A DNA stretch of 64,000 bases from Amoebophrya sp. A120 (lineage: Eukaryota; Protista; Dinoflagellata). A model generated the notes under the pieces. It had not been told where the DNA came from. It searched no databases and saw only the letters and a program-made list of their open reading frames with translations. Made by a program: the position numbers and the translations under genes. The DNA is taken from positions 4,831,709 through 4,895,708 of the forward strand of contig CAJINV010000002.1 in assembly GCA_905178155.1 (NCBI GenBank), given 5' to 3'. Positions 43,154 through 56,781 of this stretch are shown here, in pieces (positions within the stretch are counted from its first letter, which is position 1; each line of letters begins with the position of its first letter).

Positions 43154-45190
43154 TCAGCGATACGCTTTGTCTATTTCCCCAAACACGGGATCCAAGTGCA
43201 TCCAATTTTTAAACCGTCCGTCTGCCACCACCCCGTTCCGCGCGACTATGGATCCGTTCACCGGTATTGGGTAGGGGTGCTTCACGACGCGCGGGCGGTT
43301 TTCTCCGCCGAGCGGAATTTCCATCGGCGTCTATCAAAAGTAAAAATGTCTGGGTCTGGGAACTTGTGATGCTGGGTGGCGTCTCATGATGAGGCTACAA
43401 ATGCTGGCTCAGCATGACAAGTTTCTGAGCTCCTAGGTGTTGCCTATTCTGCATGACAAACTGCGCTTCTGCATCACAGAAAAACGGGGCTCTTGGGTAA
43501 CGTGCATGACAGATTTAAGAGTCATGCCAGACAAGCATGACAAACATGAATTCTTCCAGACCCAGACATTTTTACATTTGATAGCGTCTCGTTGCGGTCG
43601 ATACAGGGGCCCTTCCTCGCCGACTTGACCCCGTCGCGTTTCGCGATCCAGATTGGCGGTTGGGGCTCTATCCTGAGTAAAAACGTACCCACACCACAGT
43701 CAGGATGAGGATTTTGCAACACAAACCTAGGAGTTTTGTGAGTCACGCATGACAAGTTGCCGTATGCAGTGTAGTGCAGGTTAGCAAGTGTAGCCGCGTC
43801 ACAGATTCATCTGCTCAGCCTGTTCACAGCATTACAAATTCCAAAACACGATTGGAAATGGCTCTCATGGGGATGCGCATTACAAGTCTTCCTGTCTTTG
43901 CAAATCTGCATGACAACTCTGGTGTGGGGACGTTTTTCCTTAGGATAGGCTCCTTGTTTGGGTTCACCCCGTAATCCCCGGTGTACTATAACCTGCTCAG
44001 CTGTTACAATCTCAAACGTTAGAATAGAATATGGAAATCTGTCATGCAAGAAGTGCATGCTTCACCCTACTCCCACAGGATTGCGCATGGCAAGTTCTGG
44101 AGCTCCAACCCGCACTAAATAAATCTGGCGAAATTTGTATTGCAAAAGGTGGAACGCTGTGCGAATCCGTCATGCTCATCATGCAACAGAAGTTCCAGAT
44201 TCTATGGTAACCGATTTGAGATTGTAACCTTTGAGGAGGTCATATGTACGGTTGCGTGTTTTTGTTCGTTGGGTTTCTCGTTACTTCGCCGTAATCGACC
44301 GGATCGTTGTCCGGCTCGTTGTCCTGGTTGCTCACGTGCCCGATTTCGTGAACGTTATCCGCCTTCTGTGTCAAGTGATCCTGCACGAATTTTGTCCGCT
44401 TCCCAAACATCAAACACCTCCCGCCGAGCGGTTGGGGAAAGGACAGCGGAATGTGGGAGTAAAAGACGCAGTTCTGCTCCGATTGCAGATTGCACTGCTT
44501 CTCGCACTCGGTCGGGTTGCCGAACCGGGGGAAGGAGTCAAACGAAAAGTCGTCCCCGGCCTGGTTCGCGTGCTTGGGATCCAGCGGGTTCTGCTCCAAA
44601 TCCGACAGGAATTTCGGCCAAAAGTTCACAAAATGCTGGTATTTGCATTTCACCGCGGGTTTCAGGAAATGCTGCAACCGGTTCTGCATGGTCTGCTTCG
44701 CTTCCGGGTTCGTGCCGAAAAGCGCCCCGGGGTCCTCGTACGGCCCCTCGGCGTCGTACAGCCCCTTACACGGCCACTCCACGTCGCAGTCCTTCGCAAT
44801 TTTCTGCTTCTGCTTGGAGGAGAGTTGCGACATGCCGTGGAGGATGGACTCGCAGGGCCCGCGGTACCCGTCAAACGCACGGCAACTGTCCCCGTCGCGG
44901 CCAACCAACCACTTGAAGGGGCAGATTTGCATCGCGTAGTCACGGAGGCAGTTGGTTTTGTCGATCGCGAGCTTCTCGAGGAAGGAAGTAGCTGAAGTAG
45001 AAGATGCGGTCCTTTTAGTCGAAAATTTGACGCTTTTGTGATGCTGGGCCAGCACGACCTGCTGAACGTCGTGGAGCCAAGAGTCATCTTCGTGAGGGGA
45101 GCGGGAGAAGTCGAGGCCGTCGTGGTCTCCGTGGATTGCTGCAGAAAGGAAATCACGCAAAGAAATCATTCCCACCATCTTTTTTCTCAC
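43154..45190 (-). CDS. CPW-WPC domain protein with three introners; both ends uncertain
   Basis: CLRDY..ICPFKW...CRAFDGYRGPC...KQKIAKDCDVEWPC matches the alveolate CPW-WPC pattern. A later Cys cluster (CEKQC..CVFY..CLM) is PAN/apple-like. Exons 44245-45190, 43948-43981, 43584-43663 and 43154-43326 join in frame to a TGA. Confidence 0.8.
43332..43583. mobile_element. Introner, family A
   Basis: Perfect DR GCGTC, join ET|PME. Confidence 0.93.
43669..43947. mobile_element. Introner, family E
   Basis: Perfect DR GGCTC, join KE|PQP. Confidence 0.92.
43987..44244. mobile_element. Introner, family C
   Basis: Perfect DR TGTAC, join PY|TGD. Confidence 0.92.
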
Positions 45191-45959
45191 GTGCTCCTTC
45201 GCGAACTAAGTGTATTAATTTGTAGTTCCTCTACATGTCGTGTATTGCATGTCCTCGGTGGAATGAGGGTCCTTTCCAAATCAAGTCGAGAATTCCCGTG
45301 CCTCTGATGCATGCTTCCGTGGCCGCTGGTTTGACGAACCAAAAAACTTGTCGCTCCAAGACGGTTTCATCTTCCGCCTAGCGCTAGCACGCTCAACGCA
45401 AGAAGCAAATCGATGAAAAGCGATGAACGACATGGGCTGCGAGCGCGAGCGAAAATTGTGAAAGCAGCGACAGCACTGACGTCTATCTTGTACTAACGAC
45501 GATTTGCACGTGTCAGTTTTTTCGAAAAAATAAAAATCTCATGAAACAAAGTCTTTATCTCGTCGAGCCCAATAGTCACTATGTGTACATTCGATGTAGA
45601 AGTAACATCACGACCCCACGCCAAATGAAACAAATGCGAAGATAAAACTGTAAGCCAGAAAAATAAATATACAAGTTTGCCATCAGAAATACCGACATCC
45701 GAAATTGAATTGCAGGAAGAAAAGGAAAGTAAATTTGGTAAACATTCCAATGCGAAGGGGCATCGGCGATGCTATTTTCGCGAAATTAGATGTAGGTGAA
45801 ACTTGAAGTCCAAAACTTGGTTTGCTATGATTGAGAAAAGAGAATCGTGTTGATGAAACAGAAACACTAGTGAAGATAAAGTCTGAATTGCATTTGAAAA
45901 AAGAAAAACACGCATAAAATATGATTCACATTTCGAAATTTGTGATCTGTAAAACTCTA

Positions 45960-48900
45960 TCACGAAAAAACTTCTTCTTCGTCCAACGCCGCCAAGAATT
46001 CGTTCAATTCCTGCCTTAAGCTGTTCACCGTCTCCTTGTTCCCGCCCTCCTGTTTGTGTAACGTCTTCAGCAACTGAAACACGTGCTGCTTCTTTTGGTC
46101 GTGGCTGCCAGTCGGTAAAATTGTTCCCTGCTTCGATGCGTCTTTCGGTGGGTGGATGAACGTCGGGGGCGTGGCAAACATCCGATTGCTTTTATTGTTG
46201 TTCATCTTGGTCCCGTTGGATAGCTTCTCCGCAGCCAGGAGAAATTCGGCCCGCTGCTGCTCCTGCGTTTCGGTTCGCGGGCTGCCGCTCCTTTTGATAT
46301 CTTCCATGTGGTCTTTGACGCTTTCGATCAGGATATCCCGTACCGCATCCAACCCCTGCAGCAGTCTTTCCTTGCTTTTCGTTTCCTTGCCGAGCTTCTG
46401 CTGGAGCTCCTCCGCAATCTTGATTTTGTTCGCAAGTGCCTCATTGATGCTCTTCTTTGACGACGCTTGCTCAACACCTGCCCCTCTCTCACTGTTAAAC
46501 GAGCTGGCTCTGCTCATCGCGGGCGGCAAGACCAAATTGTCAATCTCATGTTCGCCCCTCTCGCTGGCCCGGCGGAGCAAACTCGAAGCGAAGACCACAA
46601 TCGGCTCCTTGTTTTCTTGTTGATGGTGTACACCAGCAACTCCTGGGCCAGCTTCAGTTCTCGGGGTGTTTCTCCCACTCGTCCCGCCGCTCACTTGCTC
46701 TTGCACCCGGGGAGCAATGCGTCTGTCGGAAGAAACTTGCAGTAAAGTTTTGCTAAAATGCTGATCGACCGCAGTCAGTAAATTGTTCGCGGAATCAAAC
46801 ACTGTGCCGCGCTTTGGGGAAGAACTACTTTCTTGCTGCGTTGTTGTACTCGCCACTGCCGAGAGAGGGTCGCCGGCAGCTCCGGCTGCAGCTGGGCTAG
46901 TGCCTCTTACTATTCCACCTTCAGGGCTGATGATGTTGATGTTCGCAGCAGTCCGCACCACAGCCGACCGTGGCGTGCTGGTGCCGGAGTTGTATAGCGA
47001 GCCGGAGGAGACGGAGGAAGAGGAGGAGGATTCACGACCACCCGGAAGTTTATCTACCTGGTCGACGAACAAAGGGAGATCATCCTGCTTCGACGGGTCT
47101 GTCGCGCCGTTATTCACCGTCATTCTCGTCTCTGCAATCTCGGGTCTGGAGGTCCTTTTTTTGTGCATTTTGTCAAACTCGTGTCTTCTTGCCGCTGAAC
47201 CAGGTGGGGGCGATTTCGATTTGCTGCTCGCGGTCTTCGAAATTCCACCTTCTTGCACAGAAGTTGTACTGTTCGCCGAAACCCGTCGCACTGCCTGACT
47301 CGCTTTCATCTTCAGCTGCGCGACCATGCGGAGGCTCTGGCGCTTTTGGACCAAGTCCTCCTCCCTCGATCTTCGCCGATTCAGCAATTCCGCAGCGAGA
47401 TTCTGCGTTCGGTTCGACATATTTTCCAGGTGCAAGTACTGCTGTTCTAAGAGCGCGGAGGGCCGGATCTGGGTCGTGGGAGATTGGCTGGAAGTAGCTG
47501 CCCTGCCGTCGTCGCCCAAGCCCAGAGCTTTCAGATTTCGCTCGGGAGACGCCGCAGCGGAGGTGGAGGAAGCAGGCATGGGCAGCTGCTGTCTCGGCCT
47601 CTCTTCTTCCTCCATTGTTCTATTGTAGGAACTGGGATGAATTTGTTCTTGAGCCGTCTCCTGCTGCTGCTGCCCCCCCGCTGCCGTCCCGCCCCTCCTC
47701 GGCGGGAACCTCGGACTCGCGAAATGCGGCTTGAGGATGTTCTTCGGGCGATCTAAGCCCCCGCGCCACGTGTTCATTCCCAACTCTAGTTCCTGATTTG
47801 TTTTGGAAAGTAAATTCGCGACGTTTTGCTCAAACACCTGCGCGACGGGGTCCAAAATCTGGAATTTGTTCAGCCGGGTCATCGTGGTCGGACTGTGCTG
47901 CGGACTAGAAGTACGAGGATCTCCTCCTGCCGCAAGCACAGCCTGCTGTTCTCTGGTACTCGCTAGAAAGGGGATCGGCCTCGGTTTCCCCGTCTCCCGC
48001 CACACCGCCAGGGGGCTGTTCCGCACCGGGGGCGGACTCGGGGACCGTTTTCTCACTTCCTCCACCGTCGCCGGCCTTTTGTTCACAATCTCCAGCAGAT
48101 CCAGCGCCGCGGGAGGCGGTAAGGGTCCCAGACTCGCGATCTCGGCCGGATCCAGGGTGGTGTTGCCAAACCCGAGGTTATTCAAGAAACCGCCGGACGG
48201 GGTCGTTTTCAACTGACTCGTCGCAGAAGCACCTCCCGTCCCGACCGCGGCCGGACTTGTGAACTGGCGATGGATATTACAATGAAAAATGCCCCCACCC
48301 CCGAACTTGGACGCATTTGTATTGCAAACCTTTCCAAGTGAAACATTTGCCCTCTTGCATCTATCAGCATCACAGGTTTCCAATCGTGAATTATAGCAAA
48401 AATTTGTATTGCAAAAGACCCCAGCAAGAGTGGCGCTTGTCATGCAAGCGATGCGATACGCGCCGAGAATCTCCATCAGAAAGATTCATACTCCTTTCAT
48501 GCATGGCAAAAAGTGCTCATTTCGAAACTTCGCATCACAAATTTTTGCAACTTTGAGGGCGGGAGCATTTTTCACTGGAATAATGGACGATCTGTGGCGA
48601 CGTGAATCCGGGTATTCCTGCTGGCGGGTGCAAGTGCCCGGGCTTCGGCTCAATCCAGTGTAAGTGCGCGAAGTCTTCGTGCTTTTCCGTCAAACCTTTA
48701 GAGACATTCAACCCGATGTGGTCGTGAAAGTCCGCGTGCAAATGGGGATGCGGTGCGGTCATCGCCATCATACCAAAATGCTGGCTTTCGGTGCTGTTGA
48801 GAAGCAGCTCCGGCTTACTGGCAGTCGTGTTAATGTTGTTGTCCTTTTTCATACCATTTGTATCAAGTGTGGAACCTTTTTTCATCTCTTTCATGTCCCG

Positions 48901-51900
48901 CGGCGAGAGTGGTTGTTTCGGCTGCGGCGGCAGGACCTGAACCTGCATCGAAGATCTGCTGGATAAGAAAGTCGGGCCAGGAGTGGCTGCTTGTTCCCCT
49001 AGTTGCTGTAGCTGCTGCTGCTGCTGCTGCTGCCCAGCGGGTACTAAAGTTGACGACTGCGGAAGAGCACCTGGTCCCACAGGGTTTGGAGACTGTCCAG
49101 TAAGCAGCCGGGCGGAGCTCTGGTTGCTCAAGCCCGTGCGCCGGCCTGGTGTCAAGGTCATCAATGTCGGCTTGTTATTTCCTGAAAGGAGAAGAGGAGC
49201 AGCTCGAGGACCGCTTGGAGTAAGCGGCTGTGCTCCTGACGTGTTCAGCAATATTGCCGACTGCTGTCTCGTCACCTGAAATTGCGGTTGTTGTTCTTGC
49301 GACTGCGGCAATGTCACGGGCTGCTGGGGGTTCCGCGCGCTGGAATGCGGCGTCAGCAAGAGCGAAGATCTTCCCGTGTTCAAAAGAGGCGTTCCAGCTG
49401 CGATGGGGTTCGCTACACCGGCCACTATGCCCGAACGTGCCGACGTCCCGGTTCCCTCTCTCGAGCTCGCTTGGGCCGAGCCCGGCCCTACGAGGGGGCC
49501 TTTTTGGTCAACGAGGAAAGAGGTTGGACGGTAAAACACTGCCTCGTCATCAGGAAGAATCTCTTCTGAAGCTGCTGCTGCTGTCTCGTCTTGCGTCGTC
49601 ACCCGGCTGCTCCTGCTGTCCGGCAACGTCGGAGGATCCACCACACCAGCTCCTCCACCTGCTTTCTTCTTTCTCGCTGACCCTCCAGCACCGGGCGTCA
49701 ACCCGCCGATCTTTTTCTTCAACCCACTCAACGGGGACGATTTAATATTCCCTCCCCCCATGGCTCTCTTCACCGCGGCAGCTGCGGCTGACCGGGGTGT
49801 AATCACCGTCCCGTCAACGTAGTCGGACAATTTTCCATCCGATTGCGGTTTCGGTACGTTCGCCCTTAACGCCTTTGAATTGACCGTCCGGGTCTTCTCG
49901 GCTTCCTGTCGCACTGATTTCGCTTTGCTTGCCGCTGCTGCGGTGGTGGACTGGGGAGGTGTACTAGCGGTTGCTGCTTTCATAGTCGTAGCTTTCGCTT
50001 GTTTCGGCAACATCGGTGAAGCAACAAGCGCTTCCTTGTTCGATTTTCCGGTTGTTTTCGGAGTCGTTGATAATTTGAGGTTGGTGTTTAGATTTTCCCG
50101 CACTCTCTTTACTACCTGCTCCGGATGCTCCCGATCTGCCTCATCGTAAAAGAGCATGGCGGGGGTTGACTGGTGGTTCAGTACTCCGGTCAGATTGGTT
50201 TTTCTTGGAGAAGATAGTGCTGCGTCGACCACGGGACCTGCAGTTTTTTCGATATTTTGCGGCGCGTGGTCGACGTCTTCCTGCGGAGCCTGAAGATAGT
50301 TGTTCCCCGGTTGCGCTATCACGCGTGGGCTCAGAAATCCGTTAGCAAATCCTGCAAAATTCTGGCTAAATCCACGGGGGGACAGGAAGGAAGCGTCCCC
50401 AAGAATCACCGGAGAACGAGCTGGCGGAACTACGGGATCTTGCGGCGCGGTCGGAGCACGACCCTCGTCTGGCTTGACACTGCTGGTGTTGCTCAGAACT
50501 TTGGCCTGCGCAGCAGTGCTTGCCTTGTGTTCTGCTCCCTGTTCCCTTTTCGCCGGTAACTGCTCGTAGTTACGCGAAGTTTCAAAACCTCCGTTCGATC
50601 CGAAAGCCAGCTTCGCGTACACTGCGCTATCTTTTGCGTTGGCATTGATATCGTTCAAGACGTAGTGCCTCAGCTGCTTTCGATTCCCGTTCAACTTGGA
50701 GAAGTTCGAACTCAACAGCTGCTCAAAGTCCCAAACCCGCACGCAGCCGTCGGTCGTCACGGTGAAGAGAAAGTATCTTTTCAGTTGTTCCGAGGTTGTA
50801 GCAGAAGCACTTGATGTCATGCTGTTTCTATTTTCCAAAACAAACCGTGGGGATGAAGAAGATGCTCCGGAAAAAATTTGGCTCAAACTGCTAGAACTGT
50901 TCAGTAACTGCACCGTTGGAAGATTCGGCGTCGACCGCATGCGCGTCAGCATCCGTTTCGCCTGGTCTGCAACAGTACTTGTGGGCGTCGAGGGCTGTTG
51001 TTTTTTGGTTCCTAACGAAGCTCTTGAATTGTCGAATTTCTCGGTCGCTTTCAAAATCCTATCCTTTTTGAAACCGTTACTGAGGAATTCTCGATCGCTC
51101 GTTCCACGGCAGCCGCTGGGAACAGCATTTTTGCCATCCTGTCGTCCGGCGGTGTGGTCCTCATTGTCATACAATTCCAACAGAAACACGGCAGTCACCC
51201 CCGCGGCGTGGTGCACATTTGACGAGGGCGTGTCCGGGCAGGAAACGAGCAAACTTCTCCGTTTCTTCTGCAGCGTGTTTTTGTCCACAAAATGGAGCCA
51301 CCCATGCTGATCTCCGATGAGTAAAAGTTCGCCGTGCTTGGACAGCTCTTGAAGAGACGCGGTTTCTGAGCGCTGGGGGACGATGACTTTATTCTCTTGT
51401 GTCCCTACTTTTTCGGCCCTGTTGTCACTTGTTTCGTCATTTATTCCTGGCTCCTGTTCCTCCGTCGCTTCCAATTCTGCTTTGAGCGCTTCGTCTAAAG
51501 CCAACTGGTCCGCCATGGTTCCTTCAGCTGCATGCTGATGCAACAATCCACCCGTGCCTTTGTCATTGTAGAATTGGATGGCGTTGTTCATCATTCCACT
51601 CCCGTTTGACTTCAGCACAGCTGGCGACCCCGTGAATCCTCTCGTGTTCAACAATTTTGCTCCTGGCTGCTGCGTCAACAGCGGCGACGTTGCGAGGTGG
51701 GCTTTCGGCAATTTAGCGAAGTTCAGCATCATAATACCACTTTTATTACGTTCTTCCATAGTTGTCGTCCCAGAACCACTACTGCTCTCGTTCTTCAAAA
51801 CCTTCGGCACGGAGGCGGACTCGTCAAACAAGCCGCTGCAAGATGAACTGTCCTCTGCAATCGCGTCGGAGCTGTTGTTTCCATCGAACTCCGAGTCATC

Positions 51901-54159
51901 ATTAATGTCTTCGTCTTCTTCTTCAAAAATCACGTTGACGTTTTGCTGGTGTTTCCTCGTCCCACGAAGACCACAACTTGCAGAGGTACAATTATCCAGC
52001 ACCTGATTTAGATTTTCTCCTTCCACAACGGCCCCAGAAGTCATCTGATTCTCCCTGTTCACCCAGGAAATCTCCGGTGCGGACACGACGTGCAGACAGC
52101 TCAACTTTTGCTCCTTAAACAGCGAGTCGAACAGCGCCTTCGGCTGCCACTTTGGGTATTGCTTCGATTTCTGCTCGTTTAACGTCAGGACTCCATGAGC
52201 TTCTGCTCCTGGACGAAAAAAATCCTGCCGGTCTACATTCTGTTCTTCTGATTCCGATTCGTCAGAGCTCTGCCCACACAAAAGCCCCAACTCCTTCAGT
52301 TCGGTGGAAAATTTGCACTTCGCTGCCGGGGTAGAACTTGTGTAGTTCGTCTTCAACATCTTATTTTTTGTCTTCTCAGCGCCGGCATTTTTCTCGCTTC
52401 CTTCGCCAAAGGAGTGCACATCGAAGCACCACAGCCCTCCGTCGTCGAAGAAGACGTCCAATTGCTGCAATTCCGCAGTAAACTGCATTTTTTTCACCAC
52501 CACCCCCACACAATCTACTACACTCGACTCCCGTACTTCAATTTGCTGCAAGCATTCCCTGGTGCGCACGTCGAACACCAAAATCGACGATTTGGCTACC
52601 GAGGAATGCGACGAATCGCAGTGCGTCACGCTCACAAGCAGGAGGTCGGTTGAGAGGGGACTCGTTCCTTTCACAAAACAAACCACGGGCATCACTTGGT
52701 CTAAGGCTGCGCTCTGCCGGTTCAAATTCCCGGTTGTAGTTGTCCCACGACCACTCGACGCGGTTGCTGCACTCCCCCTCGCAGACATGAGCGGCGTGTT
52801 GATGCTGTTTTGCTGGTGTGTTTTGGTTGGCGAGGCCGATGATCCGAAAGAGCCTCCGCTAGTACCGGCCCACAGCTGTTGCTGGATCTGCTTCAACACT
52901 GGATGATCAAGCTTCCCACCGGTCGCGACGCCCGAGGATCTGTGGAACAGTGAAACTTGCTTGTCTGCGGTAACGACGGCAATGTGGATGAGGTTTTCTG
53001 TGGTGAGAAACTCGTCGGTTGGCTGTACCAGCACATCCAAAGCGACGACCTCGGCCTTCAAGGAACTGCGTTCAATCGTGAACAGCTGCTCTTCAGCGGG
53101 TCTGGCAGTTATTGCTGACGACGCACTATAGTCGCGGTGTTTGATGTGTGCGGCAGAGGTAGAATTCTCGCTGCTGTTCCCCGTCGCCGCTACGCTCCAC
53201 ACCTTGACGCACCGGTCCTTGCCACCAGTTACGAGCAGGGACGAACCACTTGCGGCAGCGCCTCCTGAAGCGCAACCCTCAAAATCCACCAATTTCACGC
53301 AAGTTATTGGCAATTTGTGCAGTTTCTGCAATTTTCGCACCTGCTTCCCCGTCTTCGTGCACCAGAGGCAGACGTCTTGCGCTACGTTGGAGCTCGCGGA
53401 TCTGTGCCCCTTATTCGAGGCATTTCCGCCGGTGACAAAAGCGATATGATTGGTGGACACAGCCGCGGCGTGGACAGTAGAGTGCGGATTGAAGTTGCTT
53501 TGACTAGTTGTACTCGTGATAATTTCTGCATGGTGGAACCCCATCGCGGATTGGTGGCTTGTTGCGGAGAAAAACTGGTCAGCATTTGTGTCTTCACTTG
53601 TGTCAAACGTCCACCTAGCCAGTTCGGCGGCTCCTTTCAAAGGATTCTTATGGTCGTCCACGACCCTCGATTTTTCTGTAGCACATAACCCTGCACCCTC
53701 CTGATGGACATGCCATCGCTGTTGCTCTTGATGTTGGTGCTGCGCCGTTCTTGCAGGAGCTTTGTAGAAGCTGCTTGTCGTCGCCAGTGTAGTTGTCGTG
53801 TTGGGTTTTTTTACATCAGCATCAGAAGCTTTCCAACTTCTGTTTTCGCTTTCCTCCTCTGCGACGCCAGGCATGATTTTCACGTCTTTTCTCGATGTAC
53901 TCGAGCTACCCCCTCCACCCATCGATGAAAATCCAATTCGTCCTCCGCGCAACGCAGTACCGTCATTGCTCTCCTCTGCAGAGGTCACGGTAGTTCCCAC
54001 ACCGATCGTCAGTGTCGCGTTGACGTTGAGGGTCCTGGGCGTGCTCGCGTTTGCGTTGAGAAGCGAAGCCGGCGACCGGGCGGGGGCCCGGGGCGTGAAC
54101 GCACTTGCGGGGCTAGCGCTGCTCGGAAAAAACCTTTTCGGGGTCGTTGCGGCGGACAT
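45960..54159 (-). CDS. Large WD40-repeat protein with low-complexity regions (~2628 aa, 2 exons)
   Basis: WD-like motifs HKLPITCV..LLVTGGKDRCVKVWS, LLIGDQHGWLHFVD, FTVTTDGCVRVWD. Exons 48583-54159 and 45960-48269 join as IVH|RQF. Confidence 0.8.
48275..48582. mobile_element. Introner, family B
   Basis: Perfect DR ATGGA, close relative of 6005 and 21697. Confidence 0.93.
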
Positions 54160-55004
54160 TGTGGTTGTGTGCTTGTGTTCTTACGGCATAAACAAAAATT
54201 TTGAATGTCGTTTGTGATATTTGTGAAGAGAACGAACGAAGCGCAAAGACAAGGAAGGGGAGAAGGTAACGCTGTAACTTTTCGCCCAACTAGTAATTGT
54301 AATTCATCATTCTCCCTCCAGCGGTACAAGCCAAATCTAAAGCGACCGCTGTAGTTCTTCGGTTGCCTGTCACCAGAAAAAAACGGTCTGCGCCATCTGC
54401 TCCTTTATTTATTTCAGGTGCACAAAAATGTATCAAATCAATGGACTCTTCGATGATGTTACTTCACGAAGTCTCAGTTGTAAACTGTTGCCCACTTGCT
54501 AATATTCGCACCGTCAGACGCGCATGATGTTGCACTAGAGTCTAATAGACCATCAACGATTTTGTAGACGATTTCAAATAATTGTGACAGAAATATTCAC
54601 GAAAGATTCCTTCACGACATGGAAATTCTGGTTCACGAAAAGAAACTTACTTATTCCAACCATCACGATTTTGGCACCGCCAAAGCTCCTACGGACACGT
54701 TCGGTTCACGACAAGAAAGACGAGAGAGAATTATTTACAGGCCATCGCTTTTTGTTTTTTGACAGGTTGGTACAGGGACAGAAAAACACGAAGCAATCTT
54801 CTTGACTTGATGGCCAAGTCGTTCTCCTTGCGAACAAGGCACATACTTAACTTACTTGAAGTTATTTCAAACTTTCTTTTTATGAAATCGCCATAGGCTT
54901 ATGCTCGTGCCCCAAAATCTCACTCAACAGAGGTTCTTTCAAGAAACGGTTCATAACTTCGTTTTCGTACTAGTCGCTTTACTTCTCATTATTCAACATT
55001 TTCA

Positions 55005-56450
55005 TCACCCGTAGTGCCATCTTTCTTCATCTTGGATGTAGTTTTTCCCATTATTTCCCTCTCTGGTATCACCCACCAACTTTGGGTCTTCGTACTTCAA
55101 ATGTGGACTGTCTATGATTTTCACTTCAAACCCGAGCGGATCCATCCGACACGCTTCCTCGTAGTCCCAAACCTTATTCTCCCCCCGCCGGCAGCCCCAC
55201 AGCACGAGTGATATCCTCGGTCCGCACTTGTGTTTCGGCACCAGCTTCGGCACGGCGTGGCGCCACCGCGAGTTGACCACGTTGGAAAACGCGAAAATGT
55301 CGCCATTGTGCTGCGGAAACGTGAACTTCTTGTTGTTTCCTTGTTCTATCAAATGTAAAAATGTCTGGGTCTGGAAGGTTAGAACTTGTCATGCTAAATC
55401 TAAATGATGCAAAAATCTGTGTAGCATGAGTGCCAAAAGCTGTCCGCTTTTGACCAAGTTGAGAGGGAGTTTCTCATGCAGGAAAGGCATGATAGAGCCC
55501 GCAAAGAATCTGTCATGCTGGGTCTCGTATTCCAGACCTCATGCGTCATGGAAAACCTGCATCACAAATCTTGCATTCTTCCAGACCCATACATTTTTAC
55601 ATTTGATATGTTCAGACGTTGTGCCATAATATCCTTGGTTCAGCTGCTGCATCATGTTCTGGTAATCCACCTCCTGTAAAAATTCCAGTTCCCGCAACGC
55701 CCCGAAGCTCACCCCGCACGTGAAATTCGCTTCCCCGAAGTATTGGTCCCGGTGCATGCCGGTCGAGTCGGTTCCGTCCCGGTACAGATTCACGATCGAC
55801 CGGATGGGGTTGGAGAGTTTGAATTTTTTCACCAGAAACCGCACCACCTCGGCGTAGGTCGGGGACTTTTCAAACAACTCCTGCGTTCCCGCGTGGCTCG
55901 GGCGGCGGAGCGCGGTGCCCCCGCTCATCCACATTTGGTGGAAGGAAAGCTCCTGCATCAAATTGTCGAAAATCCGCAGGTCCTGCCGCTTGCACACGGC
56001 CTCGGAGAGGCAGAACGTGTGTTCGTCATTTTGAATCAGGCAGAGAAATTCTTGCAAAGAGTTGTTGGAGTCGTTTTTTATCGCAGAACTTGTTTGCTGT
56101 TTATTTCTTCTGCTATTTTGGTTCGCCGTTGATGTTATGATTTCGTTCATCAGCGAATTAGTACCCGCTTTCAAGTTCCGGTGCAGCCCCTCCGCGACTT
56201 GCTCCAAAGCAATGTTCGCACCCTGAGTCCGTCGCCCTTCCACGAGGTGCAACCCGTCGTCATCTTCGTCCTGTGTCGCTGTTCTTATTTCTTCGTCCAG
56301 CGGCCTTCTGTCAAGATCATGCTGGGTGGCGGCTCCTTGTCCTCGTGAAGTGGCCGTTGCTGCTGTTGGATTCGTACCAGTTTTTTCTTGAGTACTGCTC
56401 GCAGTGTTTTTCTTGTTACCACCCCACCGCTTCTTCTTCTCGCCCGTCAT
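55005..56450 (-). CDS. AlkB-like 2-oxoglutarate/Fe(II) dioxygenase (~392 aa, 2 exons)
   Basis: NLYRDG.DSTGMHRD (HxD), VSFGALR, GDIFAF, WRHAVPK (distal His), PRISL. The catalytic motifs are split by the introner. Confidence 0.88.
55347..55608. mobile_element. Introner, family A
   Basis: Perfect DR TGTTC, join SE|QGN. Confidence 0.93.
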
Positions 56451-56781
56451 TTGGGTTTTTGCTTCAGAATGAATATTTCTTCTTGTAAATACAATGGAGA
56501 AGTGCAAAAGCTCATAGATTGAGGTAAGACGGATTTTTACCGGTATTTAACATTAAAAGTGATTTCACAAGGAACGAATTCATCTTGCTATGCAGCTCAA
56601 GTAATAATCGGTCATCAAAACAATGGCATCGGGAAGGGGTTAATCGCAGAACAACAAAAAAAATAAATCAACATTCAAACTCGCGAGGGAACAAGCAGGG
56701 CCTTTTATTATTATTAGATTCGATCACCCTCAGGTCCCAAAAGGGGGGGGCCAAGGCCTAAATTTGCGTCTAACCTCGCAC

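Noticed and set aside
42352-43162. Possible further exons of the CPW-WPC gene (CGCTT repeats at 42976 and 43163 would link in frame to ORF 42751-42954)
   Set aside because: There is no left TAT TIR, and the next GT/AG pair is phase-incompatible, so it is not supportable without cDNA.
49001-49033. (CTG)n run
   Set aside because: Ordinary poly-Gln coding tract in the WD40 protein.
50876-50886. TTTGGCTCAA resembling the 3' end of the dinoflagellate spliced leader
   Set aside because: Short, antisense and inside a coding exon.
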